Below are positions 48,165 to 56,717 of a stretch of 64,000 nt of DNA, piece by piece (position 1 is the stretch's first letter; the number at the start of each line of letters is the position of its first letter). The stretch spans positions 270-64,269 of the forward strand of contig JAFURB010000010.1 of assembly GCA_017472065.1 (NCBI GenBank), given 5' to 3'. A program made the position numbers and the translations under genes. The DNA is from Alphaproteobacteria bacterium. Its GTDB lineage: Bacteria > Pseudomonadota > Alphaproteobacteria > Rs-D84. A model generated the notes under the pieces. It was not told the origin of the DNA, searched no databases, and was given only the letters and a program-made list of their open reading frames with translations.

Positions 48165-48289
48165 AAAAAACCGCACATATAATGTGCGGACATAAAAAAA
48201 CAAATAAAAAAAATCCCCAACAAATTGTTGTGGATATATTATCTGCTCTTGATGCATGGTATTATACCACAAAAAAACATCTAAGTCAA
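48165..48289 (-). promoter_or_regulatory. Consensus-like sigma70 promoter followed by two tandem intrinsic terminators ahead of the lysis/structural genes
   Basis: Minus strand: TTGACT(48289-84)-17-TGGTATAAT(-10 at 48266-61); ATCCACAAC-AATTT-GTTGGGGAT+T8 (48235-48204); CCGCACAT-TAT-ATGTGCGG+T6 (48189-48165); then GGGGGGA RBS and ATG 48130. Confidence 0.55.
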
Positions 48290-48321
48290 GACAATAATAA
48301 AAAACACTGGTTTTCGGGGGA

Positions 48322-49005
48322 TTACAGCATTGTTATTTCATCGCCATACACCAACAAATATCGTGTATCACGACGCAAAATTAATGCACCATTTTCGTTT
48401 ATACCAATTAATTCAGCAGGCGCACCATGGTACAAAACATCACGATTAAGATGTTCAACCAACTGCATCCAGCGCGCGCGAACAACAGAAAAATCACATC
48501 GGCGCCATTTATCTAAATTACGTATCAGACGCGCCATTAAATCATTTGCGTTCACATCCGTATAATTGGCCAGGCGTGTCGTCTTGTATTCTGCGACCGT
48601 TGGATTTGTGTTTATGTTGATTCCAATTCCAACAATTACATACGGACCAGAATATTCGATTAATATACCCGCCACCTTTTTATTATCAATCAAGATATCG
48701 TTTGGCCATTTAATTGTTGGATTTATGCCATATGAAATCAGTGTTTCTGCAACCGCAACCGCCGTCGCATAAGACAGGCGGCCATCACGCGTGTCACAGC
48801 CATAAATAAAACTGACATACAAATTCCCATGATGCGAAACCCATTTGCGACGATAGCGACCACGACCGGCACTTTGCGCCAATGCCACAACCGCCGTGCG
48901 GTTTGTTGCGCGGCCATCTGCAATCAGTTCATGGGCCATGTCCTGGGTACTGGGGATTTTATCAAATGAAAAAACCTTATATCCAGCCAAGTTTATATAC
49001 CCCAT
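48322..49005 (-). CDS. birA: Biotin-[acetyl-CoA-carboxylase] ligase (no N-terminal HTH)
   Basis: GRGRYRRKWVSHHGNLYVSF matches the GRGRxGRxWxSxxGxL biotin ligase motif. 227 aa. Confidence 0.88.
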   Translation of the reverse strand: MGYINLAGYKVFSFDKIPSTQDMAHELIADGRATNRTAVVALAQSAGRGRYRRKWVSHHGNLYVSFIYGCDTRDGRLSYATAVAVAETLISYGINPTIKWPNDILIDNKKVAGILIEYSGPYVIVGIGININTNPTVAEYKTTRLANYTDVNANDLMARLIRNLDKWRRCDFSVVRARWMQLVEHLNRDVLYHGAPAELIGINENGALILRRDTRYLLVYGDEITML

Positions 49006-49396
49006 CTAAATTAATAATAAATTCGCGCCCAAACAGACGACGCAACTGATAAATTGCAGTATCAACAACATGGGTCGATGTGTTGATTGCGTACCCAAGC
49101 GCACTTTTTAACTCACCCGATGTCATACCGCCGCTTTTATACAATGCAACCACAACACGTCCCTGGATATATGGCAATGACACCGAACGGCCAAATATTT
49201 TATTCAAAATCCGCGAATCATCCCCCGCCCCCAGTAAAATTGCCTTTAATTCCAGTGGCGAGGCAGGCAACCTTATATCCATATCATCCAGATTCAAATC
49301 TGTTGGTGTTACCGCATCCAATACAGTGGCATTCAAATCCGTTAAAATTCCACGCCACACAATATCTGATGTAAAAATGCGTATTCCAGTCAGCAT
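48977..49396 (-). CDS. Winged-helix (OmpR/PhoB effector-domain-like) DNA-binding protein
   Basis: C-terminus MTSGELKSALGYAINTSTHVVDTAIYQLRRLFGREFIINLDGVYKL resembles Trans_reg_C. Start trimmed to ATG 49396. Overlaps birA by 29 nt. Confidence 0.45.
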   Translation of the reverse strand: MLTGIRIFTSDIVWRGILTDLNATVLDAVTPTDLNLDDMDIRLPASPLELKAILLGAGDDSRILNKIFGRSVSLPYIQGRVVVALYKSGGMTSGELKSALGYAINTSTHVVDTAIYQLRRLFGREFIINLDGVYKLGWI

Positions 49397-49495
49397 GTAT
49401 TCATATATACCCCAAAGTCGGTCAATTGTCCAACAAAAAACCACGCATTAATTGCGCGTGGTTTTTGGGGTGTCGAAACCGTACAAAAAATGTGC

Positions 49496-49741
49496 TTATT
49501 CGCGTCCTTGGTCTGGGGATTCAATGAATTTAGTAAAATCTTGAATCCTGGACCCGGTCGACGACAAAATCTTTGAAATACTGTTTGTCGACGGCCATCT
49601 GGGCTGCCCTTCTTTGGACCAACGCTTACTTTTATTAAAAGTAGTTGGGTCCAGACCACTGCACTTAGCCAAGCCCGAACAAGACATACCATGTTCGGTC
49701 GCAAAGCGTTCGATTGCCCGCCATACATCTTCATGGGTCAT
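49496..49741 (-). CDS. Phage-repressor-type HTH protein (CI/S24 N-terminal domain only)
   Basis: MTHEDVWRAIERFATEHGMSCSGLAKCSGLDPTTFNKSKRWSKEGQPRWPSTNSISKIL matches the N-domain of alphaproteobacterial S24-type repressors. No peptidase domain. ATG 49741 after AAGGAGAG. Confidence 0.65.
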   Translation of the reverse strand: MTHEDVWRAIERFATEHGMSCSGLAKCSGLDPTTFNKSKRWSKEGQPRWPSTNSISKILSSTGSRIQDFTKFIESPDQGRE

Positions 49742-49948
49742 TTTTCTCTCTCCTTCGATTTTCGCCAGAAACCACAAGAACGTTCCAGCACATTATTGAT
49801 TTTATGCACGGGTCCTTATTCACACAACAAGTACGATTTCCTAGGTTTTTCGGGATATTTTAGGAAAAAAGACAAAAAAATTAACATACAAAAAATTTTT
49901 TTGACAAAAACACTTGACAAACCCGATTATCTGTATTATATTTCGATT

Positions 49949-50140
49949 CGTCAAAGGAAGCAAAGCCGATGACCAGGTGCGAAAGCATCTGTGGGGTCCA
50001 GGGATTCAGACTCCCTCCTACATTCTCTCTCCTCTGGACCATGGACCCCAGAACATTTTTTTAGAATGCCCAATTTCTTTTTCTCCTTTCCTTCCTTTCG
50101 GGGCATTCGGAAATACCGCCGGAAACGGCGGTGTTTTTTA
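49949..50140 (+). ncRNA. Candidate trans-acting sRNA with C/U-rich (anti-SD-like) loops
   Basis: TTGACA(49914-19)-17-TATATT(49937-42). Hairpin GGGGTCCA..TGGACCCC (49993-50049) with loop CUCCCUCCU..CUCUCUCCUCU. Hairpin GAATGCCC..GGGCATTC (50064-50108) with loop UCUCCUUUCCUUCCUUUC. Terminator ACCGCC-GGAAAC-GGCGGT+T6 (50115-50140). The next gene is on the opposite strand. Confidence 0.4.
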
Positions 50141-50164
50141 TTTCTAATAAAATTGGATTTTTAT

Positions 50165-50989
50165 TTATTCGTCCAATGCGACAATGAATATGCCGCGTTT
50201 GTCAGCCTGTTTTATAACCGCAGGCTTGTTCACGACAAAGCACGTCTTGGTATTTACAACAATGCCGCGCAGATTCGCATCTGCAACCGCGTTTACCGTG
50301 TCAACACCAATCGCAGGAATATCAATGCGTAAATCCTGGCCAGGTTTGGTCATTTTGGCAAAAACACCGCTTTTGCGTTTGCGCCCCGCACGCATTTCAA
50401 CAACACGATTTAGCATACGGGCGGTGCCTTCGGCGGCCTCGACTGCGATAACCTGCTTATCAACAACAACTGACGCCCCAATATCGGCCGCCCCGATGGT
50501 GTGCGAAACATCAATCGCGCGTTCAATATTCTTTTTATCAGCCGCGGTTGGTTTGGCACGTGTCTGCACGCCGGCCGTTTCAAATGTCAATTCTGGGGCC
50601 AAATCCTGGGCCGCTACAATTTCAAAACCTTGTTTTTCTAGAACGCTATTTAATGCAACCGCCATCGAATCATACCCCCGTTGATTTTTTAATATCTTTA
50701 ACAATGTCCAGAACGTCCACCAATCCGGACGAATATCAGAAAAATTTGGATGCCCCAACGCACCAACCATTGTAATTTTCTTAATCCCGCGACGCTTGAA
50801 TTCGCGTATGGCACGACCACACCCACCAAGGCGGATGGTTAAATCAGGATTTAGGTCTGGATTAACAAAGTTCTTTAGCCCGACAATAAAAACATCCCAA
50901 CCCGCACGTTTCAGCGCATCACGCGTAAAAAACGGCAAATCTAGTGCCCCGGCAACCAATGCAATCTTGTTATCTTTATTTTTATTCAT
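50165..50989 (-). CDS. lpxI: UDP-2,3-diacylglucosamine diphosphatase LpxI (DUF1009)
   Basis: Collinear with Caulobacter LpxI as recalled (..DIGASVVVDKQVIAVEAAEGTARML..; ..DIPAIGVDTV..). Confidence 0.8.
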   Translation of the reverse strand: MNKNKDNKIALVAGALDLPFFTRDALKRAGWDVFIVGLKNFVNPDLNPDLTIRLGGCGRAIREFKRRGIKKITMVGALGHPNFSDIRPDWWTFWTLLKILKNQRGYDSMAVALNSVLEKQGFEIVAAQDLAPELTFETAGVQTRAKPTAADKKNIERAIDVSHTIGAADIGASVVVDKQVIAVEAAEGTARMLNRVVEMRAGRKRKSGVFAKMTKPGQDLRIDIPAIGVDTVNAVADANLRGIVVNTKTCFVVNKPAVIKQADKRGIFIVALDE

Positions 50990-51078
50990 GTTTCATATGG
51001 TACGCGTAAAAGTCACTGGAATCAAGTTTCAATTTATGTTAAAATTTTATGTAAATATGTAACCCGGGTTTGTAAACT

Positions 51079-51843
51079 ATGAAAAAAGTATCGTATTTTT
51101 TGATTCTGTTAATGACATCAACGGCAGCAAACGCTAAATTTGATGCAGATTTGTTTATCAGTGAAATTGAAACAGGGGTCGATATGGTCGCTGCACCACG
51201 TGTCGCGCCGGCCGTTATTGATGATGCGCCGGGGATGCTGGGGGCCGAGGTTTATGAAAAAGCCGGCGTGGTCGCATCCAATGATACACGCATGTTTATT
51301 CCAACATCAATGTATGTTCGCATGGGTGGTGGATTAAACCTGGGGTTTGCAACATCCAAGGCGATGTTTAACAATCAAGAATATGAATCATCGGGTTCAT
51401 ATACAACACAGATTGGTCTGGGGTGGAATTTGTCATCGTATGTTCGTACGGAACTGGATTTCCAGACATCTACGTTCAAGTTTTCTGATATCGATAATAT
51501 GGATGCAAATTACCAGACATTTGGTGGAATGCTGTATTTCGATTTGGCGCGTCGTTATGTTCAAACCGGCGACATCACACATCGTCGCACATTTGTTCCG
51601 TTTATGGGGATTGGTGCGGCATTTGGCGCATATCGGTTTAATGGCGCAAACGGTGCCGATGGGGCGGTTCTGGCGGTGCCACGCGCGGCCGTTGGGTTCA
51701 ATGTTATGTTTAACGATTTGATTGGTGTTGATGTGTACTATCAATACCAAATGATGATTGGAAACGGTTTTGGATGGGGTGCACATCGTGGCGGTGTTGA
51801 TAATATCAGCAATATCATGGCATCTTTCCGGGTTAATTTCTAA
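51079..51843 (+). CDS. Outer-membrane beta-barrel protein (OmpA-like/OMP_b-brl)
   Basis: Signal peptide MKKVSYFLILLMTSTAANA, alternating beta pattern, C-terminal ..SFRVNF. Confidence 0.7.
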   Translation: MKKVSYFLILLMTSTAANAKFDADLFISEIETGVDMVAAPRVAPAVIDDAPGMLGAEVYEKAGVVASNDTRMFIPTSMYVRMGGGLNLGFATSKAMFNNQEYESSGSYTTQIGLGWNLSSYVRTELDFQTSTFKFSDIDNMDANYQTFGGMLYFDLARRYVQTGDITHRRTFVPFMGIGAAFGAYRFNGANGADGAVLAVPRAAVGFNVMFNDLIGVDVYYQYQMMIGNGFGWGAHRGGVDNISNIMASFRVNF

Positions 51844-51857
51844 TGGGGGTATGGAAT

Positions 51858-52505
51858 ATGAAAAAACAGATTTTAGTTTCTTTGTTCGCATTAACACCAA
51901 TGGTCGCCAATGCGGCGATTCCATATCGCGTAGAACAGGTTAAAATGCCCGTGGTTGTACCTGCATCTGGGAACGATCCAGAATCTTTTGCACGCGAACA
52001 CAGATTTTATGTTGGCGCATCATATGATTTTTCAATGTGGTCTGATGACAACGACGGCACAATCGCAATCAACGGTAAAAACACATCATCGTTTGATGCA
52101 ACACTGGGGATTCGCATATATGACACATTTAGATTAGAGGCAAACTATACCCATATAAACGCCGAATGGGATGCGTTCAAATTAACGGGGGATGTGGCAT
52201 TTATTAATGCACTGTTCGACGCCAGAATAGACAGCATGTATCGCCTGTTCCGGTCACAGATGATTGTACCGTATGTTGGTGCGGGGATTGGCCTTTCATG
52301 GAACAGCGCCGACGATGCACACCTGGATAAAAAAATCAGCCCTGTGGCGGCGGCATTGGCCGGCATCGCGATTGAATTTGGCGAAAACTTTGCATTAGAT
52401 TTCGGATATCGTTACATGTATATGTTTGAACCGGGTCTGGATACAATCCAGGATTTCAGCCCAATTGCACATCAATTCCGTGCCGGCGTACGCGTAAACT
52501 TCTAA
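51858..52505 (+). CDS. Outer-membrane beta-barrel protein (paralog)
   Basis: Signal peptide MKKQILVSLFALTPMVANA, C-terminal ..GVRVNF. Start trimmed to ATG 51858. Confidence 0.7.
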   Translation: MKKQILVSLFALTPMVANAAIPYRVEQVKMPVVVPASGNDPESFAREHRFYVGASYDFSMWSDDNDGTIAINGKNTSSFDATLGIRIYDTFRLEANYTHINAEWDAFKLTGDVAFINALFDARIDSMYRLFRSQMIVPYVGAGIGLSWNSADDAHLDKKISPVAAALAGIAIEFGENFALDFGYRYMYMFEPGLDTIQDFSPIAHQFRAGVRVNF

Positions 52506-52512
52506 GTCAATC

Positions 52513-53436
52513 ATGAAAACATGTCCGTTTTTTGGTCGGTGTGGCGGTTGCAAATTTGATTTTGCCGCACCTGATTATCGCGACAAAAAGACATCCACCC
52601 TGCCCCAGATGCCAATAACAGACAATCCAATTTGGATTGATGCAGGGTTGCGTCGCCGTGGCGATTTCTGCTTTGGCGGGGGCGCATTTGGATTATTTGA
52701 AAGTGGCACAAAAAACATTATCCCAATAACAAATTGCCCAAATATGGTGGCGCAAATAAATGCAATTTTACCAGAATTGGCCAAATTACCATGGGCGGGA
52801 ACCGGTGCATGCCTGGTAACACTGTGCGACAATGGCATCGACATAAATATTACTTCAACTGTTCCATATGTCAGTCCTGATTTTAGACATGCCGCTGAAA
52901 AAATACATGCAATACGCATAACATGGAACGACAAGGTTATTATTCAAAACGCAACCCCAATGGTCAGTTTTGGTGACAAATCCGTCGAATATCCATCGGG
53001 CGCATTTTTACAGCCCACAATTCATGGTGCAGACATATTGCGCGACATGGTTGTTACGGCGGCAAATGGCGCAAAACGCGTGGCGGATTTGTTTTGTGGA
53101 CTGGGGAATTTCACATTTGCATTAAACGCCGACGGTTTCGATGTTGTTGGCACAGGCGCAAAACGCGATTTATTCAAAAAACCATTAACGGTCGGCATGC
53201 TGAATACATACGATTGTGTTGTAATGGATCCGCCGCGGGCCGGCGCCGATGCCCAGTGTCGCGAAATAATAAAAAGCAATGTCGGCCGTGTAATCTATGT
53301 ATCATGCAACCCAAATACCTTTCGTCGTGATATGGAAACATTAACACGCGGTGGCTATAAATTAACAAAACTGATTCCCGTCGATCAATTCACAGGCAGC
53401 ACACATTGGGAAATTTTTTCCGTATTTGAAAAATAA
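52513..53436 (+). CDS. Class I SAM-dependent RNA (uracil-5) methyltransferase, RlmD/TrmA-like
   Basis: N-terminal Cys cluster CPFFGRCGGCKF, MDPPRAGA motif, YVSCNP motif. Confidence 0.8.
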   Translation: MKTCPFFGRCGGCKFDFAAPDYRDKKTSTLPQMPITDNPIWIDAGLRRRGDFCFGGGAFGLFESGTKNIIPITNCPNMVAQINAILPELAKLPWAGTGACLVTLCDNGIDINITSTVPYVSPDFRHAAEKIHAIRITWNDKVIIQNATPMVSFGDKSVEYPSGAFLQPTIHGADILRDMVVTAANGAKRVADLFCGLGNFTFALNADGFDVVGTGAKRDLFKKPLTVGMLNTYDCVVMDPPRAGADAQCREIIKSNVGRVIYVSCNPNTFRRDMETLTRGGYKLTKLIPVDQFTGSTHWEIFSVFEK

Positions 53437-53438
53437 TA

Positions 53439-53468
53439 AAAAAAATCCCCCAAACGGGGGATTTTTAT
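53439..53468. terminator. Bidirectional intrinsic terminator
   Basis: AAAAAAATCCCCC-AAAC-GGGGGATTTTTATTT. Confidence 0.75.
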
Positions 53469-53479
53469 TTCGTTTTGAA

Positions 53480-53809
53480 TTATTCTGCTTCGACGATATC
53501 GACAACTGTTACCTTGAACACAACATCTTTGCCGGCTAAATCCTGGACATAATCTGTTGGGAAAGTAATGTTAACATCGCGTTCTTCGCCCTTGACCGCG
53601 CCAATCAATTGTTCTTCGAAACCCGGAACAAATTGGCCACTGCCTAATTTTAATGGAAAGCCTTCGGCGGTGCCACCTGGGAATTGAACCCCGTCCAAAT
53701 ACCCTGCAAAATTAATAACAACTGTGTCGCCATTTTGTGCGCCACCGGCATTACTGTCGCATGCGCCCAATACACCACATAAACCCAATGCAATCATCAA
53801 TTTTTTCAT
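53480..53809 (-). CDS. FKBP-type peptidyl-prolyl isomerase lipoprotein
   Basis: Lipobox LGACDS, GDTVVINFAGYLDGVQFPGG......LGSGQFVPGFEEQLIG, a typical FKBP/trigger-factor PPIase core. Confidence 0.75.
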   Translation of the reverse strand: MKKLMIALGLCGVLGACDSNAGGAQNGDTVVINFAGYLDGVQFPGGTAEGFPLKLGSGQFVPGFEEQLIGAVKGEERDVNITFPTDYVQDLAGKDVVFKVTVVDIVEAE

Positions 53810-53842
53810 TTGCTTTCCTTTTTTGTTTGTTGTTCTTGTTTG

Positions 53843-54403
53843 TTAATTGTTATAGATACAGCGGAAACCATATTCACGCATTGTGGACCCTTCGGCCTCA
53901 ATCCGATAATCAAAATACGGCGTTGGACGCATCACATCGAATGATGGTTTGTCATATACCATTACAATACTGGATGCATTGCGACCACAAACGCGCTTCA
54001 TTTCATAATCTGCAACCGTCGCCAATACCGTGCGCGCATCGCCATTTATATCCATACCATCGGCATTTTGCATCAGACGCAGGCGCATTTCGCGCAAATC
54101 AGAATTACCCAACAATATTTGCACACGAACCATTGTGCCATGATATTCTTGCCATCTGGTTTCCATGCGTGATGTATTCCAGCGGTTTGCGGTTTGTTCT
54201 TTTTCCGCCGCAGTTTTTGGCTTATAAGAATCAATATTCGCGAACTGATTATCGGCCTGCATAAAAGAACTGGTTCGTTCGTTATACAATGGCGCATCCG
54301 CCCCACCCTGGGCAAAATCAGTTTCGTTGTATGGGGTATCGCCCGTGGTACAACCAGCCAAGACAAGCGCAGAACATAACGCAAAAAGAATTGTTTTTTT
54401 CAT
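53843..54403 (-). CDS. Hypothetical lipoprotein (186 aa)
   Basis: MKKTILFALCSALVLAGCTTG lipobox. Start trimmed to ATG 54403. Divergent from the virB11-like gene. Confidence 0.5.
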   Translation of the reverse strand: MKKTILFALCSALVLAGCTTGDTPYNETDFAQGGADAPLYNERTSSFMQADNQFANIDSYKPKTAAEKEQTANRWNTSRMETRWQEYHGTMVRVQILLGNSDLREMRLRLMQNADGMDINGDARTVLATVADYEMKRVCGRNASSIVMVYDKPSFDVMRPTPYFDYRIEAEGSTMREYGFRCIYNN

Positions 54404-54483
54404 GGTCTTTTTCTCTCTTTTTTTTAATTTTAACAAATAAACCTTTTTGATTCAAGTCACGATTTATGGTAAAATACAGATAA

Positions 54484-55443
54484 ATGTCAAATATAGTATT
54501 AGAATCTTTGTTGCGCCCACTGGAAGAATTCTACAAACCATCGTTTGTAGAAGAAATCGCAATCAACCACGCAGGCGAGGTTTGGATGCGCCTGCATGGG
54601 GCGCGTGTTCCGTGGGTTTCATACCAGGCCGAAATATTATCCAAGCAATATTTGGTTGATCTGATACACACGGTGGCAAATATATACGAACGCCCATTTG
54701 ACCCGGTTCATGGGATGCCGGTGGTTTATGCCACATTGCCCGGCAATCATCGCTTTACCGCAATCGCCGGACCAAACGTTCAATACGACGAACGTGATGT
54801 TACCGGCGGTGTCGCAATGAATATTCGTGGCGGTGGCGCACATGACACCAGTTTTGAAAACTATCACCTGGAACGTGGCCGCCCATTGTTAAAGGTTAAA
54901 CCACGCGAAAATGTTCGCCCCGACGACCCATATGAACGATTGATGACCGCCATTAATGACGGCAGTCCTATTTTAATCAGTGGGGCAACCGCAACCGGTA
55001 AAACAACATTCTTGAACCATATGCTAACACTGATTGATAAAAACAGTCGTGTTATTACCGTCGAAGACGCGCGCGAAATCCGTGTTCCCCAGGCAAATCG
55101 TGTTCATTTTGTTTTGTCGCGCACAGAACAGACGAACGATATGAATTATGCACGATTGCTGGACCTGGTGGTGCGTATGACCCCGGATGTTATTATCGGT
55201 GGTGAAATTTCAACCGATAACGCGGCGGTATTGTGGGAAATGTTGGGTACAGGACACGATCACTTTTATACTACAATTCACGCAGAAAGTGCCGAAGCCG
55301 CATATTCTGCATTTGCCGACCGTATTTTACATACCCAGCCGGCATACGATCGCACAGATTTAATCGCGGAAATGAAAAAGAAAATCCGTGTCGTTCAATT
55401 ATCGCGTGATGGGGCCCTGCGCGCCGTTACCGAAGTCGTTTAA
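54484..55443 (+). CDS. virB11: VirB11-family type IV secretion ATPase
   Basis: ..VEEIAINHAGEVWM.., Walker A SGATATGKTT, RVITVEDAREI, IIGGEIS, GTGHDHFYTTIHA. 319 aa, which fits VirB11/TrbB rather than CpaF size. Confidence 0.82.
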   Translation: MSNIVLESLLRPLEEFYKPSFVEEIAINHAGEVWMRLHGARVPWVSYQAEILSKQYLVDLIHTVANIYERPFDPVHGMPVVYATLPGNHRFTAIAGPNVQYDERDVTGGVAMNIRGGGAHDTSFENYHLERGRPLLKVKPRENVRPDDPYERLMTAINDGSPILISGATATGKTTFLNHMLTLIDKNSRVITVEDAREIRVPQANRVHFVLSRTEQTNDMNYARLLDLVVRMTPDVIIGGEISTDNAAVLWEMLGTGHDHFYTTIHAESAEAAYSAFADRILHTQPAYDRTDLIAEMKKKIRVVQLSRDGALRAVTEVV

Positions 55444-55463
55444 TAACAATAGGAGTATTTATT

Positions 55464-55721
55464 ATGGACGAAGATAAAATCACGATAACTGATCCAAACT
55501 ATCGCGAACCAGTAGATGAAAGACTGGAACGCGAATTAAAAGAATATGGTGAAGAAAAACTGCGTCGCGCCGAAGAAAAGGAACAGGCCAGATTTGATGC
55601 AGACTGGGCAAAATACCAGAAACGCGTCGAAAAACGCAAAAAGTTCTTTGCGGCAATAAAGAATATCTTTGTTAAGAAAAACAATGATATGCAACAACAA
55701 AACGATCAAAACCAACGATAA
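55464..55721 (+). CDS. Small charged coiled-coil protein (85 aa)
   Basis: ORF after AGGAG, highly charged (E/K/R). No family recognised. Confidence 0.4.
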   Translation: MDEDKITITDPNYREPVDERLERELKEYGEEKLRRAEEKEQARFDADWAKYQKRVEKRKKFFAAIKNIFVKKNNDMQQQNDQNQR

Positions 55722-55808
55722 AGAATCCCCGGAACGGGGATTTTTATTTTTTTTGAAAAAAGTACTTGCATTTATTCCACCAACAATATATTATACATAG
55801 CGCTTTAA

Positions 55809-55885
55809 GGGGTTGTAGCTCAGCTGGTTAGAGCGTCTGCCTGTCACGCAGAAGGTCGCGGGTTCGAGCCCCGTCAATCCCGCCA
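55809..55885 (+). tRNA. tRNA-Asp (anticodon GUC)
   Basis: GGGGTTGTAGCTCAGCTGGTTAGAGCGTCTGCCTGTCACGCAGAAGGTCGCGGGTTCGAGCCCCGTCAATCCCGCCA, anticodon loop CTGTCAC. Confidence 0.92.
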
Positions 55886-55893
55886 GCTATTTG

Positions 55894-55918
55894 CACCGTC
55901 ATTTGACGGTGTTTTTTT
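55894..55918 (+). terminator. Intrinsic terminator after tRNA-Asp
   Basis: CACCGTC-ATTT-GACGGTG+T7. Confidence 0.75.
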
Positions 55919-55979
55919 CTTATTTATTATTTGAAAATTTGTTCTATAATACACGCATACAAACCAAAGGAGAAAACCC

Positions 55980-56414
55980 ATGAAATTCAAATTATTTGCA
56001 ATTGGCGCATGTGCAATGGCATTGGCGGCATGTGATATGAACACACAATCCCCAGATATGTTAAAAGGCAAACATTTTGTCGCAAACCAGCCAGACGCCA
56101 CAATCGTTCTGTCTTTTGCGCCAGACGAAATGCGCGTTAATGGCAAGGTTGTAAACCTGTACAACGGGGGATACACCGCCGACGGCAACAACATTAAATT
56201 TGACGGTTTTGCATCAACCATGATGATGGGCGAACCAAATGCAATGGCCGCAGAAACAGAATACTTTCAATTTATGCCAACGGTCGAAACATACGAATTA
56301 CGCGATGGCATATTGACATTGACCGCATCCGATGGCAAAGAAATCGTGTTCACAATGGTTGAAACAGACCCACTGGCAACGACAGAAACAGTCAGCGAAA
56401 CGGTTACGGAATAA
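55980..56414 (+). CDS. META-domain (HslJ-like) lipoprotein
   Basis: Lipobox ALAACD, ..N.YNGGYTADGNNIKFDGFASTMMMGEP....E..F......YELRDGILTL, a typical META domain. Confidence 0.72.
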   Translation: MKFKLFAIGACAMALAACDMNTQSPDMLKGKHFVANQPDATIVLSFAPDEMRVNGKVVNLYNGGYTADGNNIKFDGFASTMMMGEPNAMAAETEYFQFMPTVETYELRDGILTLTASDGKEIVFTMVETDPLATTETVSETVTE

Positions 56415-56479
56415 AAACTTGACATGGGGCAAAAATACATGTATAATTTGCCGGCGTTCGATATGAACACGGCAGTTTT

Positions 56480-56555
56480 GGCCCCATCGTCTAGAGGCCT
56501 AGGACACCGCCCTTTCAAGGCGAGAACACCGGTTCGAATCCGGTTGGGGCTGCCA
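56480..56555 (+). tRNA. tRNA-Glu (anticodon UUC)
   Basis: GGCCCCATCGTCTAGAGGCCTAGGACACCGCCCTTTCAAGGCGAGAACACCGGTTCGAATCCGGTTGGGGCTGCCA, near-collinear with E. coli tRNA-Glu. One C-A mismatch in the anticodon stem. Confidence 0.88.
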
Positions 56556-56717
56556 AAATTACAACCGACCTTTGTGGTCGGTTTTAATTTTGCCTGTTCC
56601 CACCGAGATGAGAACCGCAGGTTCGGGGCGTCAGTTGGTGAAAACAAGTGTTAACGAAGTTTGAGCCTTACGTAGCGAAAGGGGCCCATGGAGTGAAAAC
56701 GAACATGGGAATCAGAC

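Larger units (their letters stand above)
35156..49741 (-). mobile_element. Degenerate T7-like (podovirus) prophage remnant or domesticated phage-derived structural/lysis module
   Basis: Collinear minus-strand genes for hydrolase, holin-like protein, scaffold, capsid, tail tubular A/B, fibre stub, terminase (split) and portal. No integrase, RNAP, DNAP, small terminase or gp14-16-like core genes seen. Interrupted by dnaB and birA. Confidence 0.7.

Noticed and set aside
56560-56717. tmRNA piece or other known structured RNA between the tRNA-Glu 3' repeats
   Set aside because: I could find no tRNA-like acceptor/T-arm pairing, tag reading frame or recognisable conserved motif. It is left as an unexplained non-coding segment in the findings.
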